Assembly (NCBI GenBank): GCA_965649825.1
Contig: OZ287722.1
Span: 1-46,000, forward strand
Direction: 5' to 3'
DNA from: Penicillus capitatus
Lineage: Eukaryota > Plantae > Chlorophyta
Length of the DNA stretch: 46,000 bases
In this document: in pieces, positions 10,644 through 21,362 of the stretch
Layout of the letters: each line of letters starts with the position of its first letter
How positions within the stretch are numbered: the stretch's first letter is position 1
Notes under the pieces: model-generated
Databases searched by the model: none
What the model saw: the letters and a program-made list of their open reading frames with translations, nothing else
What the model was told of the DNA's origin: nothing
Position numbers and translations under genes: made by a program

Positions 10644-12695
10644 CTACTCCTGACGCGGTTTCGACCTATACTTCAATTCTCCAATTAATGTCCAGGCAGT
10701 TAGAGCAATCCACCCGATATTGACAGGCGACAAGACCACACTGAACATGCCATAGTATGCCTCAGTCATGATCATAGAACGCCCGAAGGAGGCCATGGAA
10801 AAGAGACCCAAGAGGATGTAAACGACGAGGGCTTTGTATTTCTTGCAAACAGATTTTGATGTGTCTTTCCAACGCTGAAGTGTCCATACCATCCAGACGG
10901 TTGCGGGCAGAACAACGGTGATGTAGAACTGACAGGCGCGGAAAGGCATCTCGGGACTGTGAACGGCGACGAGATCTGAAGAGGCGGGCTGGATATGAAT
11001 GGTCGGGACAAAGACAATGCCGAGCGAGTTATCGGACAGCACACGCGCAGCATACCAGGGACCAAACAGCAAGAGCAACGAATAGCACAGCTGACCCCAC
11101 CAGAAGACAGGAAACTGTGTCGCTGTCTTGAATGCCAAGAAAGGAGATTGGAAGTAACGCATCCATCTCATCCCCGAGTTCGAATTCCGTCTGTTCCTTG
11201 TCTCTTCCGGAGTGGCGTCTCGTGCCGTGTCGATCTGCACAAGAGCGATGCCTTTTGGCAGAAGCAGGAGCAGGAAGATGTGCATCATGATCAGCAAGAC
11301 GAAGAAATTCTGAAAGACGGAGCACCACGAGTATTTCAAGATTAGGGACGTCGGGAATTCTTGCGGATACGGTTTTGGCTTGGTCCTCGGCTCCAGCGGC
11401 CGCCTCTCAGAGAGCGCTATGCGATTGGATGCATCGAACCGGACACGAACCTGCACAGAGGGAGTGCGATCGCCGCACAGTGATCGAAAGAGCGTTTCGT
11501 TCAGCTGCGACTCGAACACTGGCCCTCCATTCACGGCGGCCAACTTCTCCACCGTGTGCGCCGCTACAGCATCGTCTCCGCAGTAGATCAGCGCATCAGC
11601 ATGCAGGTCTTTGGAAGGAACTGTCACATCATCTCTTTGCCAGACAATGACTCGTAGCGACGACAGTGACGACGCCGTTCCAGTATTCCCCAGAGGAGCA
11701 AAGTGTGGATTCGGTGGAGATGTGATCAGCACCACAGCTGCCTCTATGCGCATGGCTGCATCCAGAGGTCGGATGATAGCCGGCTGCGATGCCTTCTCCA
11801 TTTCGAAGTCTGCAAAAGAGAGATGGCCATCATCGATGGCCACGATGCGGAATCTCCTTCTTATCTTCCAATCTGTCGTCTCCAGCTCCAACAGCGTCGA
11901 AGCATCGCCCTCGTGCGATCGGTGCAGATGATTACCGAATGCATCGTGCAGATGGCCACAGAACCACGCCGCCACTCCATACTTCCAGAGCACTCTCTTC
12001 AGTTCCACTTGATTTCCGACAAAATAACGCGCCTCCTTTCCGACGGTGCTCATCGGATAATGCCCGTACGCTATGTAAAGAGGACGACAGTTATTGCCAT
12101 ACCACTTTCGCATGTCGGTCACAATCTCGATCTCCAGCTCGTTCAGAATCTCCTCCGTCATCATGCCAAAAAAATTCGTGGGGCTGCGCAGTCCAATATC
12201 GGGAACGAGATCGATACCGACGAGACAGTAGACCGGACAGGCAGTCGATGCAAAGAAGGGATGTATGAGGATACGTCTCGACGCCCATGCCTCGCCCATC
12301 ACTGCAGAGGTTCGATAGGAGTCTCCTTCTCCGTTCCGTTTCCCGGTGTCAAAAACATCGTGATTGCCGCGGATGTCGATAAAAGTGGATGATGTGTTGC
12401 CCATCGCAGGGCGTGCCATTTGGACCATTTCTCTGTACTGTGTCCATTCCTTGGGCCGCTGTTGCGATCTACTGCTGTATGGGACCTTGGCATGGACGAG
12501 ATCTCCCGTAATCAGAACGGCGGAAAAATCGAAAAGGGGGAAGAACTGCTGAAACAGAATGCTCAAATCCGCCGCCCTGCCTTCAGCGACCTCGCTGAAA
12601 TGCAAGTCCGAAAGGTGCAGAAACCACGAGACCTCCGCCTGTGCCACTCTGGGGGTCCAACAAAGCAGGACGGAGCATAGGATAAGGGCAAGCAT
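10644..12695 (-). CDS. TMEM62-like calcineurin-type metallophosphoesterase with C-terminal transmembrane region
   Basis: 683-aa uninterrupted ORF. Signal peptide MLALILCSVLLC; metallophosphoesterase motifs LSDLH, TGDLV, RGNHD, YGHYP, CGHLH, then LELETTDWK; several hydrophobic segments after residue about 460. Confidence 0.85.
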   Translation of the reverse strand: MLALILCSVLLCWTPRVAQAEVSWFLHLSDLHFSEVAEGRAADLSILFQQFFPLFDFSAVLITGDLVHAKVPYSSRSQQRPKEWTQYREMVQMARPAMGNTSSTFIDIRGNHDVFDTGKRNGEGDSYRTSAVMGEAWASRRILIHPFFASTACPVYCLVGIDLVPDIGLRSPTNFFGMMTEEILNELEIEIVTDMRKWYGNNCRPLYIAYGHYPMSTVGKEARYFVGNQVELKRVLWKYGVAAWFCGHLHDAFGNHLHRSHEGDASTLLELETTDWKIRRRFRIVAIDDGHLSFADFEMEKASQPAIIRPLDAAMRIEAAVVLITSPPNPHFAPLGNTGTASSLSSLRVIVWQRDDVTVPSKDLHADALIYCGDDAVAAHTVEKLAAVNGGPVFESQLNETLFRSLCGDRTPSVQVRVRFDASNRIALSERRPLEPRTKPKPYPQEFPTSLILKYSWCSVFQNFFVLLIMMHIFLLLLLPKGIALVQIDTARDATPEETRNRRNSNSGMRWMRYFQSPFLAFKTATQFPVFWWGQLCYSLLLLFGPWYAARVLSDNSLGIVFVPTIHIQPASSDLVAVHSPEMPFRACQFYITVVLPATVWMVWTLQRWKDTSKSVCKKYKALVVYILLGLFSMASFGRSMIMTEAYYGMFSVVLSPVNIGWIALTAWTLIGELKYRSKPRQE

Positions 12696-12737
12696 GCGAA
12701 ACGTCCGAAGGGAAAGTTGGCTGATCGAAATACGGTC

Positions 12738-15491
12738 ATGATATACGGTTACCTGTCGATGCTAACGACGAGGAAGGGAGCTTGTCTGACGATGCGGCGT
12801 CGACTACACCGTCTTCGGCATCTGCACCAATATCCAGGACGAAAGGGAAAGACAGAAAGATCCGTTTCACTGCCTCGACGTATAAACACCGCCTCTTCGG
12901 GCAAAATTGGGAGCAGTCGAGAAGTCAAAGGAGGATCTCGCCCTTCCGTGTCCATACGAGAATCTTCTGTTGCGGAATGGATTCAGCAGACAGTGATCTC
13001 TGTACGCAAAGTGATGCATGAAGTGCTGACTTGGTGCCGGATTCTGATGCCGTGGATCTTGGTACCATGTCTCACTCTTTTGATGCGGCCATCTCGCGGA
13101 CACGGATATCTCACTCCTAACCTCTCACAGCATTATTCGCATGTCACCTTTGCCAGCGCTTCGAAGTCGATCGCAGATTCCAAGATCACCTGGGTTGACA
13201 TTCTGCAGTATAAGTTTCAAAAGGTCCGGACGAGAGGTGTCTTCTAGCGAGAGATATGCGATTCCGGCTGTTTCGGGTTCAGGTCATGTCGAAGCAGATG
13301 TTTGGCAAACTGTGTGCCGTGCTGTTGGCAGCAGCGCCGATCGTCGTTGTCGGTGGTCTGTGTCTCAAATTGGCCTCCGGAGATCGACTACAACACTCCA
13401 TGTTCAAAGCCTTCACCATCATGGGCGACGTACCAGGCACGTCCATCCCTACCTCACTTCCTTATCCGTCCAATGTCGTTACATGTCAGGAGCCGATGCT
13501 GTGCAGGACGACAGTCCACATGTCCTGTTCATCGGCAATCTGATCTTTTTCGCTGGGATGTTCACTGTGGCGGTGACATTGGGAATCGTCTGCGATGACA
13601 TCAGCAACTTCGTCTCAGATGTGCGGCATGGAAACTACCAGATGGTGGAAGACGGACATACCGTCATCCTCAATGTCAACCGCCTGCTCGGTCCTGTCCT
13701 GCACCAAGTGACACCCTTGTTGTTCGATACGTCTGTCGACGAGAGAGGAACTGTGGATCAAAGTAGATCGAAGCGGCCTCCAAAGAACGTCGGCATTTCT
13801 CCGGACCCATCGTCATCTTGGCCGATATGGACAAGGAGGAGCTCGAAAGATTCGTCGCCGAGAAAGCGGAAGGCCTCAAACTCGAAATCTCCACACGCCG
13901 AGGATGCACACACGATGCCATGGATCTCAAGAGAGTCGCAGCTGGCAAAGCACAGTGCGTGATCTGGTTGGAACCTGAAGACGACGAGGTCTCAGTGGCA
14001 GCGAGGAGAGCGTGCGCCATCGCAGCGTTGAAAGCTCTCGGCTCGGGCAGCAGCAAGACTGCCAGAATGATCGTCCAGACATCGCACGATTCCTCTAAAT
14101 CTCTCTACCAACTGACTGACGTGCCCATGGCTTATCGGACACCGCCGCTGATGCAGGAGAGTAAATTGGATGTTATGGAACTGTGTGAGGAAGAGAACTT
14201 CGATCGACTGCTGGCGCAATGTGCCTTGCAGCCTGGACTGAGCGTCCTTTTTTCGGAAATCTTTCAGCACAATGCGGGGAAAGAGTTCTACGTCACACCG
14301 AATGCAGAATTCGCGGGGCAGGTCTATTCCGAAGCACGGCGTCGATTTGACACAGGCGCTGTGTGTGGAATCTACACTCCGCCACTGGAGAGTCCCCACA
14401 GCGATGGGAGTGTGCTGCTCAATCCTCCAGAGGACACTGTCATGAAGAAGGATGACCGGCTTATTGTGCTATCCAGCGATCGAGAACACGCCAATTCACA
14501 AAAGAAATCCACACCGCACGCATCGTGGGTCAAAGATGTGACCCGAGAGTACACGCCCACCTGGTCACACAGTATTGTGGTTCTGTGCTTTGGAGATGAG
14601 GGCAGAGCCGACAGCGGCATCGTGCAAGCCATCAGCATGTTTGCTCCCAAGGGAACAAACGTAACTATCGTCGCTTGGTATGTGTCGCGGACGGTGTACA
14701 CAGAGAGAGTTGCTTAAATGGGATGTTTGTTTGTGCAGTTCTGCTCCTGAAACGGACGGGAAGAATGGAGACTGTCAGGTCTCATACATCGAGGGCAATC
14801 CGGCATCGTTTAATACGCTTCGCAAACTTCAGAAGCACGAGATCGATACCATCGTCCTGGCCGGACTCGAAGATCTTCCACCCAAACTCGCAGATGCTCA
14901 AGCAAGCATTCGTCTCCATCTTATAACGTCCTCAGATCTGTTGCGCAGCTAATTTCAAGTCTGATTCAGATTCAGGAATGGGCCGAAAAGATATGGGAAA
15001 ACAAGAGAGGGTTCAATGTCGTCAGTCCATTGAATTCCTCCGAGACAAAGAAATTGGCAGATCACCTCATCGAAGTCGGCAGGTCAATGTCGGTGCCGAT
15101 TGCACTCGACGTTTTGCTGCCTTCCGAACTTGCGAGTGGCCTTCTGGTCCAAGTAGCCGGGGCGCCGATCCTGAACTTGGTCTTCAAAGATCTCATCGGA
15201 GACAACGGAGTTGAACTGTATCTCAGAGACGCGGAAGATTTCCATCTAATCGGAAGAGGACCATTGAAAGCGCACGAGGTGTCTGATATGGTCCGGCAGC
15301 ACAGCGAGACATTTCTCGGGTGAGATCTCCCTCCGACGCCATCGCTATGTGACTCCTACTGCAGTATCATGCGAAAAGACAAGAGCTGCGAGATCGCTCC
15401 CGGAGCCATGGAAGAGCACGAGTATGAGGCAGGGGAACGAATTGTTGTACTGGCAGAGAATTTTGGACCGGAATCCGTTGCAGATGCGTGA
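12738..15491 (+). CDS. CASTOR/POLLUX-like cation channel (PEC-like) with N-terminal transit-peptide-like extension
   Basis: TM helices flank a pore segment (FKAFTIMGDVPG|ADA...GMFTVAVTLGIV); VRHGNYQMVEDGHTVILN; RCK-like EISTRRG and YIEGNP; ADAQ|LISSLIQ; C-terminal ERIVVLAE. Six introns, two GC-AG. Start could be ATG 12738, 12759 or 12792. Confidence 0.85.
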
Positions 15492-15808
15492 ACGATGTGA
15501 CCAGGAATACGCTTTCGTATCGGAGTTGCATAATATAACTGGCCTTTTGTATGTGACAACGTCTCAGTCGCTGTCCGTGCTGCTGCATGAAAGCGTCGCT
15601 GTCCAATGGACTAGGCCTTTGTTGATGACATCGGACTCTTCCAGCCATCACGTGCCTGCTTCGTCGCGTCGATGGTCGAGCGCATCGAATCTGTCATAGG
15701 ACGCGTACTGACGCAGTAGATAAGCCAGCGCTGTACGACGAGAGCGGCACGAATGGGTGACGTGACCCTCTCGGAGTTGTGTATCAGACCATGGTGTCTT
15801 CGTACCGT

Positions 15809-16057
15809 ATGAATCTCTCCTTCCTTTTTGTCTTCCTCTGCCTCAGCGCTGTTGTGGCGCTCCGCCGGATAACGGAAGAAACTTATGGGTTTGTCGGCGT
15901 CAACTGTCAGCAAATGGTCGGTTGTGCATCGCAAAGATACGTGTCCAGTGATTCGTACTTTTCACAGGGAGAATTTTGTGAAAATGATGCCGAGTGTTGC
16001 AAGCATCATTGCGCAAGCCCCGAGGGCGGTCTCAGCTTCAACATCTGCCTCGACTGA
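15809..16057 (+). CDS. Small secreted cysteine-rich peptide, knottin (ICK)-like
   Basis: Signal peptide MNLSFLFVFLCLSAVVA. Removing a predicted 51-nt GT-AG intron (15917-15967) gives a 65-aa precursor ending CQQMGEFCENDAECCKHHCASPEGGLSFNICLD (C-x6-C-x5-CC-x3-C-x11-C). Confidence 0.65.
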   Translation: MNLSFLFVFLCLSAVVALRRITEETYGFVGVNCQQMVGCASQRYVSSDSYFSQGEFCENDAECCKHHCASPEGGLSFNICLD

Positions 16058-16335
16058 AAATCATCTCCATCCCTTGGACTGAGAATCCCATTTGCCAGTG
16101 AGTGGTACGAAGAGAGAGACGTTCATGAACCACAATCCTCGCAGTTCTGCAGGAACAGTATTTTTTCAAATGTTCACGGTGTGTTGCGACACTGTCCCTG
16201 TTCCGACTCGAACAGCAAATACTAGTTTCGCCAATACCACACCGGTCGTAATGTCCCCGTCCACGTTCGACATTTTCGCGACGAGCGACGTCATGTGCCT
16301 CATTTGAGCCCATTCGCCTTCAGTCTATCTCCGTT

Positions 16336-17332
16336 ATGTCGACGTTGACCATCGGAACGTCGAAAAAGACCTTCCGACTGACGGATCTCGATGTATCCGT
16401 GCAAGAAACTCTGTCCGATGCTCTCGGCGAAGGGTGCCACCTACTGCCCGAAATCGAAGCCGATACCGAAGCGTTGCAGTTCCTAAACGGATTCTTGAGA
16501 CACGTCGACGTGCAAAGACGACTGGCCCTCGCCGAAGTCGAGCACGCGTCTTTGCTGAAAGAGGATTATCGACTTGAAGGTGCGTCTCTCGGTCGCTGAG
16601 ATCCCGGGTTCGACGTTTCTGTACCAGAGCTGCGACTTCAGGAGCAGCTGAAAGTCATTGGTGTGACGCGCGATGCATTGACAAGAGAAGCGCAGGCGAA
16701 TGTCGCCCTCGTGGCCCGGATCACAGAGAAGCTCCAGCTGCGTCAGCCGCATTTCAATCACGTTTGCTGCAAATGGACACAACTCTGTCTTCGACAACAC
16801 TCGGCAAACGAAAAAAGAGTAATCATCACACTTTCACTCGTCGACGCAACTGGATTCCGGTTACAGAAGTGTGTGAGTGATGTTACACGAGAAACAATGA
16901 AGATGGCGGAGCAGATGCGAATGGTAAAAGGGAAACTCGCCGCTGCTTGCGAAGCCCGTGCGAAGATGGTCTTGCCACAGGCGCAGTTACTTCCCGATGC
17001 CGAGAGCAAGATCGAACAATACAGGCAAGATGCACAAGAGTACAAAGCCGCCTTGGAGGAGAGGGGATTTGGCCACGAGGTAAGTATCATGCAGGACCTG
17101 TGCCGTCTTCGCACTTAACAGAAGACTGTAGATCTCGCACGAGGCGATCGTGGAGAAGGCAGAGCATCTGGATCGATACAGGGCCGAAATTGCGAGTCTG
17201 CACAAGGAGCTGCTGCCATACGATCGGCAACTGCCACGCAACATGGACACAGCCCGAGATCGATTGCGGGAAGTGCGAGAAGAGATGGAGCGTGTGACAT
17301 CCGCCATTCGTGAAAAGATGGTTACCGACTAG
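16336..17332 (+). CDS. HAUS1: HAUS augmin-like complex subunit 1 (AUG1)
   Basis: Coiled-coil protein with HAUS1-like pattern: LPEIEADTEALQFL...KEDYRLE|ELRLQEQL; C-terminal ISHEAIVEKAE...LLPYDRQLPRNMDTARDRL. Assignment is from remembered family pattern only. Confidence 0.6.
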
Positions 17333-17337
17333 CGCTG

Positions 17338-19062
17338 TCACGACGAGGCCGGAACTGTCGCACGTCTCCAACTGGGGACAGCTTTGTGCGGAACGTGTCG
17401 AATGAAAGCACTGGTGCAAGGCTTGGATGGCGAAGAAGGGTTCGAAGTGGCATCGCAACGTCGCCTCGAGGCATCTGTCGATTGAACGAGTCGCGCCGGA
17501 TCGCGCACCGCCTCTACGACCACCTTAGGGGAAGCACTGACGTATTTCGCGGGAAAGAGCGAGATTATTACTTGCTGTCGTAGCCGGTCGATGCGTTCTC
17601 TGCGTCTTAGCTCTGTCATCTGTCGCTCTCTTCTTCGCACGAGGCGTCTGTCCAGAATCTGTCGGTTGCGTTGTTTGACTCTCTCCCGCTTTGCTTCCGC
17701 AGAGAAGTGCGTGTGCACGTGTTGCGTTTTCTGTCGCCGTTGAATCATCTCGGCAGCTCTGCGTTCGGCCTCCTGTTCGAACGCCACTGCCGGCTGGCTC
17801 TTCTCATGGACGCTTGTCATACCTTCTTGCGTTCCCTGTAAGCACGGACGCTTTTCTTTTTTTCGAGCTGCGCCTCCCGTATCTTTCTTTCTTCCTCTTT
17901 CTGAGTCTCCATCTTTTTTTGCGCCGCCTTTTTCTTCTTTGCCGCTTCTTCGGCTTTCTCTGCCTGCCACGACTGAACAAGTTGCCGTTGTACCTCACGC
18001 CGAAGCCGAGATTCGTGATCCTTTTGCTTTTTCTCTCTATCCTCTTGTCGAAGATCTCTGTCTTCTTCCTCGGCCAAACAAAGGCATTCGTTCTTGGCTC
18101 TCTCTTTATCGTTGCGCCAGCGACGAATGGCGTCTTTCTTCCTTTCTGCCAGGTCGCAGAAGACGGAATGCCATCTTCCGTGACGGACAATTTCGTTTGG
18201 AGCGATGCCGATCAACTCTTGACGACACAGCTCTGTCGTCATTAAATAGTCACCCTTGCAAATGCCAAGCAGCCTATAGAGAACTGATTTCGGTACGAAG
18301 ACACGCGTCATCGTGCGACACTGTGCCTGAGATACTCTCGGTGATCCTCCTCTCGCCATCCGTCCGTTTCGCCGTGCTGTTCGAGATAGGCATCGTATTC
18401 GAGTACCTCGGGCAGCAACCCGCTTTCGTTCTGCTTTGCTCTACACAGACGCGAACGCTGGCGAGCTGTATTACCAGAAGATAACATACAGAGGTGTGTT
18501 TGTCGCTGGTTTAGACGTCGCTGAACCGTTCCACTGCGGGGTACTCATGCGTTCGATCATGAGTTCGAGGTCGCGGTCAAGAAGGGCTTCCTCGCGCTCG
18601 AGCATCTGTCGTTGTCGGATCTCTTTGTGGTGGAAGGCATAGATTTCGTTTTCGACGCTGGTCAACGCGTCGCGTAAGTCCTCCGCTGACTTGGCGTCCG
18701 TCTTCGTCTCTTCGAGCTTCAGAATTGACACATACATCCGTCAGCATGCAGCAGTTCTCTATGAGTTGTGTGACGACGAGAGAAGATAGGTCTTCTGTCC
18801 GTTTCCGGATGCGGCAAACGTCTTGCAGCAGAGCCCGTACGAAGGAGCGGCGTTCGAATTCGGCCGATGTCTGCTCGTCTGTAAACTGCTGCTCCACGCC
18901 GGCGTCTGAACAAGGTACGCGGGTGCAACGAAGCGAAGCTTCACGTTTGGTGTAAAGCTGAGCCGTTTTGAGCCATCGCTTCGTCTCCAAGCGTTTTGCA
19001 TTCTGTTCTTCGTCTGTCGTCATTGTCGTCAACGCGACACACTTGCTGTCAAAATATGACAT
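17338..19062 (-). CDS. CCDC112-like coiled-coil protein
   Basis: Spliced LLPEVLEYDAYLEQHGETDGWREEDHREYLR|LLGICKGDY; EIVRHGRWHSVFCDLAERKKDAIRRWR; K/E/R-rich coil; C-terminal VPHKAVPSWRR. One GC-AG intron (18274-18326). Confidence 0.7.
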
Positions 19063-20783
19063 ATGTCTTGCCGGCGTTACGCTGTGTCCAGTTCTATTCT
19101 GTATTCTCTTCTATCCATTTCCAGTTTACAAGTGTTGGCGTTTGATTTGTGATGTAAACGGATGTGACAGTCCGTGGGCGATGGTGAAATACACTGTGAA
19201 CTGAGGTTATGCTATGTTTGTTATTTTCTTGTGAAAGTTTGGACAATGCATCGGCAACACAAATCACTTAGGTTATGAATCTATGCATCCGTCTGTGAGT
19301 AGTGAGGTAAGTATCCACTGTACATTTTCCGATTACTTCACTCTAGTGCAGCATGCGTAGATTCCAGTACCTTTATGAACTCTTCACAGGATGCTATAGG
19401 TTCTGTTGGTTGCCTCGATCCTCCCTCTGCAATAGGGACAAGTAGTGCTCTGTGGATGGCATCGAGAACTACTCGAAATAGCGCTGCTATTCTTCGAACT
19501 TATTGTGCATCCTATTTTTTATGTACAGAAGAAGGACTGTAGGCGCTCTGGGAAGACAAGCGAAAAAGTTTATGACGACGGTTGTGAGGCCCTTAAAGTG
19601 AAGGAAGAAGAAAACGAAGAGGCTGGCGATTGGGTATGCAGCTTGACGTGTGTGCCACTGTTGTGATATTCTTCTATATTCATGTTGTGTTATTTCACTT
19701 ACCGATTTGACTGTCGTGAAGAGATCTAAGATGAAGACGTATATCAAATAAATGGAATCCTTGTCTTCTTTAAATGGAAGTCAAAAGTCTCAATGTACCA
19801 CTCTTTTAAGCGCTTCATGGCTTTTGTCTCCTCGAGTTAGTACCTCTTCACACTTGCTATACGAAAACGCTAATTCGTCGATGATGTTTACCATTGTAAG
19901 ATTCCTTCTCTCGCGTCCGTGATTCACATCTTTGTACCGTGAACATGCAGATAGGGAGATAAATTCGAGATCACATCGGCCTCCAGCCAGGGGCATATGG
20001 GTAATGGCCCATGCACAAGTTGATGTCAAATGCCGTCTCGGGCCCATGACGTAGCGACCGCTTCGACACCCAGACGACAGGAAACAGATTACGGTTTACA
20101 GGTGAGTATCGACAATCAGACAGACACAAAAACCAACGCGGTTTACGCTTAATTAATTTCGACGATTCGATTGGTGCCGCTACGATCGTGTCATCACATG
20201 ATTGACTCAGGGAAGTCAATCCGGCACTTTAACAGTTTAGGACGGTCGTATCATTTTTTCTGATCTGAATCAAGTTTAGGGAACCTTTTGGCAAGCACTT
20301 TACGTAAAAATGCGGCAAATGGCGTGAGCGAGTCCAATAAGAATAAAGCACGGTTAGAAAAACGGTCAGGATGGTGGCGAGCATAAGCATAACAGTTAAA
20401 AGACAAAAACGTGATTCCACCTGGTGGCACTACAGGTATAAATAGATATTTGAGAGTCCTCGATCGATAGTGAGGCAGCTAGCGGAAGTTGTTTGCTAAG
20501 AATTGAAAAAGATGCGAGAAATCGTATCGGGTAAATGCTTGCTTCCATCAGGGTGGATAAAAAGATTCCATCCAAGAAGGCGCACTTGTAAGGAGAGATC
20601 AGTGTTGTTCCACCGACGGCTTATGAGAAAACGGATGTAGGCTTGCGCATGCGATCGGACAATACGGCGTTCACATGGCGATTTAATAAACTCGGTGTAG
20701 AGCACAAGTTGAGAACGACCAAGAAACAGTCACATAATAATTCAAACATGACCACTATGGACGTGATATACTGCACCATTAGA

Positions 20784-21143
20784 TTACCATAAAAATTGAA
20801 CAAACAACTTAAAACGGTAATAAAGAGCAGTAAACAAATCAGATCCATAATTGTATTCGTTATTCCCAAGTCGTTCATACATGACTTTAGCTCTTTCATG
20901 GTAAACAAATGCTTCGTCGACTCTTCCCATCCTTTCCAGACCGATAGCGTAGCTCCGAACGCAATAAAGAAAGTCCGGATGATCCGCATCTCCGTGGAGA
21001 CGCTCGCACATCTCGAGAGCCCTCTTGTAGACGGGCAATGCTTTGTCGTAACTTCCCGTTTTTTTTTCTAGTCCAACGCCATAGTTACTGAATGCAGCTC
21101 TCTCTTCGAGTTGAAGGTTTCGAACGCGCAAATAGATCCATGC
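20784..21143 (-). pseudogene. Isolated kinesin-light-chain-type TPR fragment (about two repeats), probably a relic
   Basis: NYGVGLEKKTGSYDKALPVYKRALEMCERLHGDADHPDFLYCV / RSYAIGLERMGRVDEAFVYHERAKVMYERL. Begins after an AG acceptor; no in-frame ATG or partner exon found. Confidence 0.55.
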
Positions 21144-21362
21144 CTAAACACAAGTCATTGACCGTTCTTTTTCAATCTCTCATTCGACACTTTTAACGCT
21201 TGATTTATGCGTATCGGCCATTAGGAAAAGAGAACATGCAACAACACGCGGCAGTTCGTTCGATCCTCGAAGGGCGACCTTTCGTCGTTTTGAACTCTGT
21301 CCAGCGCAAGTTGTGCAAGAGATCAGGATCTCGAACGAAACGGGTAATGCCATTCACCAGAG

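Noticed and set aside
11375-12680. Long plus-strand ORFs opposite the TMEM62-like gene
   Set aside because: Antisense shadows of a real coding frame; no independent motifs.
20174-20227. Hairpin GATTGACT-caggga-AGTCAATC with outer GTGCCG/CGGCAC pairing
   Set aside because: An 8-bp stem is expected by chance in 46 kb and no second copy was seen.
20592-20792. Faint integrase-like phrase LRMRSDNTAFT...LGVEH on the plus strand
   Set aside because: Only a few residues resemble the rve core; the other catalytic acidic residues, flanking domains and LTRs are absent.
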